The notes beneath the pieces were generated by a model. That model saw nothing but the letters and a program-made list of their open reading frames with translations. It was not told where the DNA came from and searched no databases. A stretch of 64,000 nt of DNA from Enoplolaimus lenunculus. Taxonomy: Eukaryota. Made by a program: the position numbers and the translations under genes. The DNA lies in contig JASANG010003130.1 in the NCBI GenBank assembly GCA_030248215.1, forward strand, positions 372,001-436,000, given 5' to 3'. Shown here in pieces: positions 33,308 to 44,900 of this stretch (position 1 is its first letter; every line of letters starts with the position of its first letter).

Positions 33308-33508
33308 CACTGCAAAAAATGGTGAGCCAAATCGACTGTCTCCGAAATAGGCTGTACGGGACTATACAAACTGAGTCAAATTCGACTGGCGAATTTGATT
33401 TTGCCAGAGTCGAATTTGACGCGGGCAGAATCGAATTTAACTCAGTTTGCATAGTCCCGTAGAGCCTATTTCGGAGAGAGCCAATTTCACTCACCATTTT
33501 TTACAATG
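33308..33508. mobile_element. Palindromic CACTG-ended MITE (EnSpm/CACTA-like)
   Basis: ta|CACTGCAAAAAATGG...CCATTTTTTACAATG|ta; nearly the whole element is a hairpin. Confidence 0.8.
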
Positions 33509-34051
33509 TAGCTTTGCAATACTAGTTAATCTACAAATTTTTTTATCACCTCCATTTTACAAAGACCATGGTGTAAATGAATAAATGATTGTTAAGTAAT
33601 GACTTAAAAATTGTGCGAAATAGGTTTGGACACCGTATAATCAAATTGTTGATCCCAAAGTTTTCCTAATGGAACAATTACAGGGACGCTCTCAGATCTT
33701 ACAACATGAAATCTAACGCGGATAAACGCCAGGTTCTCCAGGTTTAAAGGACCAACGATTAAACTTATAGCTGTGTTATTTTTAAGGTTTACAAAGGCTA
33801 GTAGCTGGAGGTGGAGGCAAATGTGCTGAGCCGAATAGATATATTCGGACCATATCGCTTAGAAAAGTGTTAGCTTCACCTGTAAGCCCTCATCAATCAA
33901 CAACATACCCCCTTCTAAATGGCATCTAGCATGTTTGAGCTGACTACGGGCCTTAATTAGCATTATTAATTATAAGTGTAATGGAAATATAACACAGAAC
34001 AGATTGCGTTAAACGCGTATTAAATTGAAACAAAGTGACAAAGAAAGATAC

Positions 34052-34469
34052 ATTTTTGAAACACAAACCAGATCAAGTTCTTATATATAAATATATATAT
34101 AATATAAATATATATACATATATATGTATATATATTAATAATTTTAGTTCGGTACTTGAACACTTTCGCCCGACATCTATGGTATAGGTTTACGCTTAGA
34201 CGGCTGATACATAGGCTTAGTTTTAGGCTTTTTTATACTAAAGTAGGCCTTTTCCTAATATTTTTGAAACACAAACCAGATCAAGTTCTTATATATAAAT
34301 ATATATATATAATATGAATATATATATACATATATATGTATATATATTAATAATTTTAGTTCGGCACTTGAACACTTTCGCCCGACATCTATGGTATAGG
34401 TTTACGCTTAGACGGCTGATACATAGGCTTAGTTTTAGGCTTTTTTATACTAAAGTAGGCCTTTTCCTA
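34052..34469 (+). repeat. About 208-bp direct tandem duplication
   Basis: 34052-34257 and 34260-34469 are near-identical; each includes a (TA)n tract and decayed TTAGGC. Confidence 0.9.
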
Positions 34470-34859
34470 TTTCTAACTTGTAATTTATGCCTGTGGGGGA
34501 AATGTACAAGAGCCATCAGTTTACATTGCGAAAAATGAATGTTTTGAACCAGTTCAACCAAATAGCGGCGCGCGGTAAGTATAGCGCAACCATAACACTT
34601 TCAATCAATATTTGCCATTCAGTATTTTGCAATGTTTCGATATTAAACACATCAGCATGTTACTGTACAAAGATATCATGCATCTAAAACCCAAGTCACT
34701 AACCAATGTCTTGGAACTATCTTCAGAATACACATTGCTATCTGTTTGGTTTTGTTTATTGTTTCAAATTACGTTGACATCAACAAATTACTGTAAATTT
34801 ATTTTTATAACTTAATAATACTAGCGCAACACAAAAAATTGCAACATTACACTAAATAA

Positions 34860-35080
34860 GAGCCGAAATTCTCAAATGTGTGCAACACCTATGACCAGTT
34901 GGTGATAATTGATGTAGCTTTCGAACCAGTGAATGGTGAAGTTCGAAATTAGCAGACTGTTCGAATTTTGTTTGCCCTACTTCTGCGGCAATTTTAAGGC
35001 ATGCAGTTGCAATGGTTCGGCAGTTTGACAATCTATCGCTAGATGGTGATAGGTGCTGTACACATCTGAGAACATGGGCC
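34860..35080. mobile_element. MITE, family CCCGTATTCTCAAATG
   Basis: Colinear with 50307-50525; imperfect TIR. Confidence 0.75.
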
Positions 35081-35086
35081 AGCGTT

Positions 35087-35910
35087 TCAAGTCGTTTTTG
35101 TCGGATCGGTATAATGCAACGATGCATTACTTCCACGGTTCGTGCTACCCACCACAGGCGTTTGTCCTACGCCTCCTGGTGAGCCTCCGGACATACTTCC
35201 GCTACTGCTGCCTTTTCTAAGCCAGGTGCTCGACGCTGATTGGTCAGTGGGTTCAAATGATGCTCCAGTTCTGATTGGTTCATCGTGATGTTCCATATCA
35301 ACGTCATTGTCATCATCATCATCATCTCCGAATACCATTGTTGCGTGTCCGTTTAGACCACCTCCATCAAGGCGATCTAAATTCAACGACTGGCTCATCA
35401 TAGGCTCTTGAGTACCCTCACGTGGACTAGTATGCTCAATATACATCGATTGCGTCATTAAATCAGAACCAGTAGGGTCCACAGTACCGCGACCTCCCGA
35501 CACAATATCTCCAGTCCGCGATAAAAACTCGTTCAGTGTGTTGGTGGTACCCCCTCCGCCCGTTGGTGATTGAACACTGCCTGTAAGGCTTGACTGTAGA
35601 TGTGAAGTAATATCCGCATCATTTTGAGTGAAATAATTATTATTTGGATCATTATCAGCGTTATATACACCGTTACCCCTAAAATCACCGGAATAATTTG
35701 CATTTTCGTCTTGGTCGCCTTCTGAGTTATCAGGACCGCGACCTTCCATATATGACGTGGTCATGACGTCATTCTGATGTAAAGATGATGTCATTATTAC
35801 GTCATCGCCAGTTACAGTAGGACTGGCCGCGCATATTGTTTCAGCGGATACGTCTTGCGGTGCGTAATGATGGGACGTGTCCGAGGGGTCGGCGAACGAA
35901 GTGGCAGTGT
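35087..35910 (-). CDS. Minus-strand gene terminal exon G (TATSFADPS...YTDPTKTT*)
   Basis: catttcag| phase-1 acceptor; open to TGA at 35089-35087. Confidence 0.85.
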
Positions 35911-38900
35911 CTGAAATGTTATGTGAAATTTGGTTCAACACAATCAAAATATCTTTTATAGTAGTTTTGCTTTTAAGTCTACCGCAAGAGGTGTTTTCGA
36001 AACGGCGCTGCAAGATTTACACCAATGGTCATCTAAGCTACGCAATGTTTACCTCCACGCCGATTGCTGCCGTGCCTGGCCATATTGATGACCATGGCTA
36101 AATTGTTGTCATGGCTACGACATATGTGTCTACTGAACAGAATGGTACTAAACTGTTATAAATTTGAATATTTTAAAACTGTACACAGCGAAATATCTTA
36201 CATCGAACTCAACTTACGTCATCTGACAGCTTAGCCGCCGCCAAAATATTAATGGGGTGTGCAAGTGAGGTCCACTGAAGAAATTGCTTAATAAAAGTTT
36301 CTGTAGTTGCAAAATTCCCTAAACAGCATTTTCACGAAATACCCATACACAATTGATTAAAGAACGCAGGGAGCGCTGTTGTATTTTGCTGCATATACCA
36401 GAGTGTGTCCATGTGTCAGTATATTCAATGGCCCATGTTAGTTATAGAGATTTGCCGACTTAGCATAAGGCTGCACCTAAAATCTTAATGCTAACGCTTT
36501 AGCCTGTTCCTATAAGATTACCAGTTTCTGAATGTCCAGTCCCATTGTATTCTCTTGGGCAGTCCCATATTCATGACAGCGGTCAACTCAATTACCATTT
36601 ACTTACTATCGTGTGGTCCAACGCCATAGTCTTCAGTGATCGGTGCTTGAACTGGCGGCGGAACAATATCATCTTCAACAGTTTCCATCGGTCTAGGACT
36701 GCTTTTTCGACTACTTCCGCCACTGTCATGACCTCCAGGTTGTATGATTCTGGCACTACCACCGTCATCTGCCCGATCAGACCTCGCAGATCCGTTCGGC
36801 TCGTTTCTATCACCCCCGCTGTCTTCATCTTCATCTCGATCGCCCATAATTTTATCCCTCATCGTTGAAATAAAGTCAGAGAACACCCCACCAGCTGGTT
36901 CCACTTCTGCTTGTTTGAATTCTGTTTCGTGAGATCTGCTTTCCATTTCCGGTTCATCAATTTGTTGTGTGTACTGCCCTGGAAATGACCCTGCGTTTCG
37001 ATCTTCGTCTGTATTCCGTTTTGGACTTTCTAGTTCATTATCTTCCTTTACATCCGCGTGCACTGTTTGATACTCATTGTCGACTTTTTGATGTTCATGC
37101 TCGTGCTGTTTTAAGTCGTCCTGTTCTTCGGCGGAAAATTGCCTTACCTGCTGTTCGCCGGTTCCCTCCGAAAATCGTACGACGCTTTCTTTTTCTTCCT
37201 GGCCAGTCTCACTCCTTGCGCTCGGTTGGCCATCGTTTTGTTGCGTTGTTTTTGTGAAAAAGTCATCTTTGTCAAATATGTCAGTTTTCGATATTTCAGG
37301 CGACCCAGTCTTGTTGTCGGTCAATGATTGTTCCAATGGATGACTACTAGAATAATGCTGAAATTCGGCTTCCTCATGACTGGAATGAGTTTGAACCATT
37401 GAGTGATGAGATTCTGCATCGATATCATCTCCTTGATTTGAGGAGGTCAGAGGCAATCGAAATTGTTCCATGTCATAAGCGTGAGGTATCGGTTCTTGTG
37501 CAGTATGATGTTCACCATAATCATTTCTATCTACCACCTGCTGCAAATCTTGTTTTTCACGACTGCTGTTTGATTCTTGTTCTGCTCCTGGTTCATAAGT
37601 AGCTTGTTCTCGTGATTGCATTTCTGATTGTTCGATAACCTCATTGCTTGGAGAACGTGGATCAGGGCTCAGTGACCTGCTGCCCGCTTCATTTGCTTGT
37701 CTGTTGTTAGCAGCCATGGCGTCGTCGTGTTTGGTCGGAATTTCAAAATGAGTAAATATTTCTCGAGGTGATATATTGCTTCGATTAGATGGTCTTGGGG
37801 AAGATTGAGAACCTTGAGATGTCGGCGATTCCACATCAGACCTTCTTTCAACCTCGTATTCGGGTTTCCTGTCTTGCAGAAGATTACTATCAACAACATC
37901 ATCTGTAGACCGATCAGCTAAATTTTCTTGTGACAGCCGTTGCTGAATTGTTTGAAAAGCTTCTGCTTCCGCCGCTCGTTCAATGTTTTCGCCGACAATT
38001 TCGTGAGCGCTACTCTGAATTGGTTCTTGTTTGTCGAAATCATGATGCAAAGTGTGGCTGTCATCAGTAGGGCTATGCGTTTGACCAACCTTTATTTCTG
38101 GTTCTTCAACATCTGGCAGGCTATCACGATGGCCTGCAGCCCGGCCGGCAAGGTTTGTCACCGATATTTCGCTGCCGTTTGCAGAAGATTTTCGATCAAC
38201 AGGCGCGGCTACATAGCTAGCAGGTGATTCAGGTCGTGGCGCTGCAGTGTAGCTAGCTGGTGATTCAGCACGCTGAGCCACGTCATCTGTTTCCAATCGA
38301 GGAGAATGTAGCCCTTGTGAACCGTGGCTACTACGTCGTTCGTCACCAAACGTTCTAGGGATATCCCTAGTCTCAGAAGCATCAGAAATTTTTTCAGTCA
38401 GTTCAATATTTTCAGGCGAAACCGGGCCAGGGCTTGAAGTCCTCGGACTTGTTTCCAGCTCGGTGACGTGTGCTGTCGAAGCGGCATATTTGTTTTCATA
38501 GTAGTCTTTGTTTAGCTCGTGTTCTGCACCGGGTAATTCTTGCTCTATTTTAGATTGTTTGTCATAGTCTTGTCCTTCACTACGCGCATCAGAGTCTCGC
38601 CGTTCATATTGCTGGTGATGTTTTTGGAACATGCTCTCGTGTTCAGGTTGTGTATTCCAATTTTGATGCTCTGCTTCTTGGTTGGCAAACTCTTGTTGAT
38701 GTTGATACTGTTCTTGTTGTATGTGCTCTGATAAATCACGGTGATCATCACTATCTTGACGAATATAAGTGCTTGTCAACATTGGATCAGTATTGTTTGT
38801 AACTTGTCTGTTTTCTGTTTTAGTTGTGTCCAAATGTTCCAAATTGAATGTACCACTATCATGTCTCGGTGAATCACTTGTGTCTTTATTTTCTCTTGAT

Positions 38901-41900
38901 TGAACGTCCTCTTCACCTGCGACAATCTGTGACTCGTGTAGCGATAGCACTTCGCCCTCTGGAGTAACTTCGGTGAAATGAGTAGGTTCTCCTATTTCAC
39001 TGCTTGTTGTAACCGATGCCCGCGGTGACATGTGAAGACCGCTTTCATGATCAGATGTTTCTCTTTCGTGTGAGTACTGATGCTCTGAGTCTACTGATTC
39101 GTCTTTGATCTCGTCGGGTAAAGGACCTTCAGATTTACGTTCACCTTGGTTGTCGTAGTCGGCTTGTCCTGGTCCCGAATAGCGTTCTTCAATCCGAGGT
39201 GAGATGTCTTGGCTACCAGGCTCTCCGGCGTGTCCAGATACCGAGCTGGTCGGCTCTGATTGTTGATCTTCTGTAGGTGGGGTCGGCTCAGCTTCAAAGC
39301 CCATATCAGATACCCCTACGGTATGTTCTACGAGCGTTGGGCTACCAATGACGATTTCTGGAGCTGGTTGGCGTTCAGCGCTTTCATACGATGGTTGCAG
39401 ATCGTTTTCGTTGACTGGCTGATTCTGCAATTGTTCTGCGTTGTCACTTCGTTCTATAATTGTTTCTGTCGGGTCATGTTGTTGGCTGTCAGATATCTCC
39501 CCACCGCGATGAGGGTATTCTTCCTCGGTTTGTTGCTTATTTTGTGTAATATCGTCGGCTGGAATTATTTCTTGATTCACGACGGATTCGCTGGTTATTT
39601 CTTCCAAACCCTGTCTATCGTTGCCAAACTGGTTCTCTATTCGCGCTTTTGCTGCTGCAACTGATGCAGTAATCCGGCTAAATATATCGTCAGCTTCTGT
39701 TTTGGGTTCGCCTTCTGGTTTCCGAGGGTCAGCCATTTCGTCGTGTTGCGGTGATACGTGAGACGGTATCGGCTCTGAAATATTAGTCCAAGTTAAATAT
39801 AAACGCCTGCGAATACCCACAAGTGTAAATCTGAGCCTAATTCTGAAGCATCCCACTGTCTAAGTCCCCAGTCTACCTGTCTAGACCTCTGTATTCAACA
39901 TGCGTAGAAGTATTAAAACACAGCAAATAGACATGTTTGTTGCAAAGCTTTGCAAGCTACGGTTTTCACTATAAATTACGGTTAAGACTTGGATAAAATT
40001 CGATAGCAAAAAATACCTCAACTGTAATAATTCACAGTTGTTCTGTAATTAGATAAGATTAGGTGCATATACTGTAAATTTCAGCTAGTTGATTTTAATT
40101 CAGAATGAGTTGAATCATTCAGTCTGAGTTAGCATTATCAGAACTCAGAATTTTAAGTTGATTCAATTCATTCTGAGTTAATTAATCAACTCACCCAGAG
40201 TCAACTAAACTCAGAGTGAAAATATACTCAACTAAGAGTCAGTTAGTGTTTACTGATATTAATTCAGAAATAACCAATTCGCTAATTGAATTAATTAATC
40301 AACTCATTCGCATTTACATTGAATTTAAATGTGAACAATAAATGTCGTAAACTGTTTACAGCAGGGAATGTGACTTATATTTCTAAACATGTTCTTTCAG
40401 TCCATTAGATTTTAATACAGTTTTATCAACGTAAACCAAGTTGTTGCAAGCATCAGGTGCCGAGTGAAGAACTCCCTTACCCCTCTGTAGTAGTGCTCAT
40501 ACCCTTACTTATTGGGCCTTACTTCAATGGAATGCCCCTTGTACATCGTATGGTGTCTCGGTGATCTATCCGAGATGGGCTTTTCGAGGCGCAGCCTCGG
40601 CACTGTAAACAGCATTTCATTTGATTTGCTATCTTTAATGTATAAAATTGATATTTCTTCCTCATGCGTGAAATTTAATATTTTTGACCCGTGTTTTTTA
40701 CAGTCGTGCCGCAGCCGGACTGCAATGGAATAGGCTTAGACTTTAGACTAATTTTATGTTTAAGCTTTACGGCAGAGTTTAGTTTGAGATTTATGGATTT
40801 GGCTAGAGATTAATCTTAGGAATATCATTGAGTTTTTTTACTTTTATGTTCAATCAAAAACATTTGGATACATGATCATCTCACTAAATTATAAGTTAAT
40901 TTTTTAACCTGGGGGAATTTCTTCAGGCTGCGCGGCAACAGGGCTGTGATGTTGTTCAGATTCCAACGGTGCCGCGACGTCAACATCAGAGTCAAAAATT
41001 CCGTCATTTTTCAAACTTTCGGCAGAATATGCTGGAACAATCGGAGCAGGAGCTGTTGTTGGTTCTGACGGCGGTGATGCTTCTTGCTTCTGCGGTTCTA
41101 AAATTTTAACCCCGATGTAGTATTAATAGCTGCAGTTGAGTGTCAAAGATGCCGGTTGCAGTGTTGAACGTAGGTTTTCAGCTGAATTTGACATTTGTAA
41201 AACCTTTTCAATTGAAATGAGACAACTTAGTTTAGACCCCTGTATAACTCACATAATTTTTCAGTAGTGCGAAGTTTGAACATAAAGTTGAAAATCACGA
41301 ATTTCGACTGCTTATATCGAAAAACATGCTTAGTTTTGAACTAATGTGTATTAACCGTGTTGAAAAATATACAAGCTATACATATTAAAAAGCGCACGAA
41401 TGTGATTCAAGCGTTACTTAGTGCATTTAGTGGCTCGCTCCCTTTGCTTGTCACGTTTCTTCAACCGGGACACGCCCCAGCGTATGTGTCTTCGCTCGTT
41501 TTTTGAATTATGTGCAGCATTCAAGGTCAGTGGCGATTTGGAATTAGTAATTTTAGTAAAACCTAAATGTGTGAAATAACATTTCGGATTTAACGAACCT
41601 TTAACTTGTTTTGGTCGCTTATCCTTTGAAGGCTTTCGTTTTGCTTTAGCCACGGGTTTTGAGGCCGCTTCTACTGCTGATTGCTGGTGCTGTTGTTGTT
41701 GTTGTTCTTGTTTCTTCTTCGGCGTTGCTTTGGGTCTTTCAGACTCCGGTTGCGGTCGTTGCTTTCTCTCGCGACGAGAAATTTGACGAGCAGACGAGCC
41801 TAAAGATAAATTAGCAAACACGTGTAAAATTTTGGTCTGATAAAGTTTTTTAACTTAAAAACTTAAGGTTATTATTTTAGAAACAGTGTGGGAATAAAAG

Positions 41901-44900
41901 CAAAAGTTCCTGGAGACAATAGAAAGAAATGAAACAAATGAAAGAGAATTAAACATCTAAAACCTCATTAACTTCGGGAGCTGGCGAAGAAACAAGATCA
42001 GGGGCGAAACGTTTTTCGGCAGGACTACAATAGAGTTAGCTTAAGCTTTAGATTAATATTTTGCTTTGAGCTAGGCTTAGGCTTAGGGTTAAGTATAAAC
42101 TCATTCTTAAGCTTAGGCTTAGGTAGGAGTACGCTGATACTACGACAATTTCAGTTACATACTTTACTGGAATTTTGGCCAAAAATTTTACTGGCAAGCG
42201 CCAGCTCACTTAAAAATTATGCTTAACACAATGCAGGTGAAATATCATTCAAATTAGCTTACATCTTGCTTTACACCTTCATGCACAACCTTACACGGCT
42301 CTTGTTCATTTGCTTAACATTGAAAGTTAATGCTCAGGTTTAGGCTCTCAGGCTTAGGAAAACACTTTATGAAAGGATTAGTCTAAAGGATTAGGCTTAG
42401 GAAAACCATTTCCTCTAACTAAGCCTAAATCTGCACCCAAGCCTGAGAGAGCAGTGTAAAAGGGCCCTAACTCTACAATTTGGTTTCGTACTGAACTGGT
42501 TCAACTGCTGAGACCGTGTTCATTTATAACAACATTATCTGTCGCCAATTAAAAAGAATTGACCTATGAATTACTGAAGCAGTAATTGCAACGTTTGATA
42601 AATAAATACTCTTGATTGAGCGCGAGTTACCGTAAATTTTTGGCTTGCAAAGTTAAAAAATATGATATTTTTCAGGTATGCTAATTTAGCATGAACACGA
42701 CACTGTCATGCCAGAAACGTTTAGCGAAACACAGAAAAGTACTAATCTAAAAGTCTCAAAGCCAGTAATAGTACACTGTAAAAAATGGGAAGTCAAATTG
42801 ACTCTCTCGGAAACAAGCTTTTCCTGACTACACAAACTGAGTCAAATTTGACTCCTCCGCCAGTCACATTCGATTCACTGTTGACTCTGGCGGAAACAAA
42901 TTTGACTCAGTTTATGCAGTCAGGAAAAGCTTGTTTCCGAGACAGTCAATTTGACTCCCCATATTTTACAGTGTATAGAGGTTATTATAACCAGCGATAG
43001 ATATTACTGCTATATGTTAACAGATCTCCTTAGGAATATTATGTTATAACAACCTGTCGTAGTTCTGAACGCATTACGCGACGATGCTGCAGTTGAGGGT
43101 TGCGGTTTTTTGCGTTTTTGAGCTGCTGAAATGTAAACATAAAATGTGCACACATAACGAAACCACCATAAAGCACAAAGCCAAATATATTTTATGATAA
43201 ATAAAAGCGAATGAAATAAAATACGGCATAATAAATTAAAGCTTAAAATCAATTCACTTTGCAAACTATTAATTTGAAAAATGAGTTCTCAAATCATATT
43301 TTTTCAAATAATTACTTTTCGAGATTTTGTTTTAAGACATACTACTGGTTGGGTTGCGGAGATGTGGCTTAAACCTGGACTTTATTTCAGATTTTGTTTA
43401 GGTTTTGTTATGGGCGTCCGCAGAAAATATTTATTTGGGAACGGGGGAACCAAATTGCCATTCAAGATTGTTTAGTTTTAGACCGAGTCTATTTGGGGCA
43501 CCAATCAAATTTGGAGGCACGGCACCCCAGTACCTTCCGTTGGGAAACCCTTGGGTTTTGTAGTTATGACACGAATGCAATGAATTTTATAATGACTTCA
43601 ACGCGGTAAAATTCTACACTGTGCCAGCGTCCTGTACTGATTTAAAGATTTTCATTGCAATTTGCCATAAAATCAACATATCGACTCTAAATTGTGTACG
43701 CATTTGTTCAAACTTCGAAATTGAAACGAAAGTTAACCGAATTAATAAGTCATGCCTAAAAGTCATGCCTTTACACCCCAGCCATTAATATCTTTTATGT
43801 AAAGACTAATAAGCGACTTTTGAAACCAAGAGGACGTAAAGGTTGTTGCAACGACACTGATAGCATTTGCATTTTAATCTAAATTTCGCTTCAAAATGAA
43901 TTTTATTACATTTCATCATTCTTTAAAAACACTTTTCAGATGCTACAATGAAATATCATGTCACATCAAAATTGATAGAGTTTCACTGGTTCGACTAAAA
44001 TTGAGCTTTGTTCATATATTTTATCGTTACTGTTTTTAAGTAAAAAACACAATACATAAAATTTTTTTTATATTTTCACGACAGAAAAGTTTTGAATTTT
44101 AGACATTTGAGCCCTATTTACACGTGCAAGTTTTTGCAGCAAAAACTTGCACGCGCAAGTTTGGTCATAAAGCAGCTTTGAAGTTCTTGCAGGTGCAAAT
44201 TATACACTTAAATTCATGCTAAATTTAATTCGCTCCTGTGAACGCAGTTGCAAGTCGCTTGAATTTCTTGTGCCTGAAGTTTGATTGATCAATCTGAATG
44301 TTCCTTTGAAAATACCTGCAGATGCAAGTATTTCGTGCAAGTTGCAGCGGCGAGTTCTTACTACAAAAACTTGCACATCTGAATTGGGACTTAATAGTAT
44401 AAAAAAGCTGAGACGTTTGTGTTTCAAATGTTTAAAAACGTAAAATTTCTTGTTTTCAAAAAATTCACGCTTTTTTGTCAAAAACGATTCTGAAATAATA
44501 TATCAAATTTCAAAACTTTTATGATTTAGTTTTAACACCCACTATTCTAAAAAATAGCATAATTTAAAATCTGCAATTCAACGTATACTCGTGAGCCTGT
44601 ACAAAGACACAAATGCTTAAAGTAAATTTTTCAGACTTTGTTTTTAAGCCATTTTGTTCTTATTGTAGCTCCGGGTATGCATTAACTTTTGCTTCAAATA
44701 ATAAGATATTTTGTTGGTTTTTAATTAATAACCAATACTGCCTCATGTCAAAAATTGCTAAAAATTTAAAGAAATTATATTTATTTTCTATTAAATGGTT
44801 TATTTGATTGTAAAAGTCTTTGTACAATTTTTTCCAACTTTTAATATAACTTAAAACTGCATCTACTCACAATTGTTGTGCCTGAAGTAACTTGTAACGT

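Noticed and set aside
36545..39664. Plus-strand ORFs opposite the giant exon
   Set aside because: Shadow ORFs on the antisense strand of real coding sequence.
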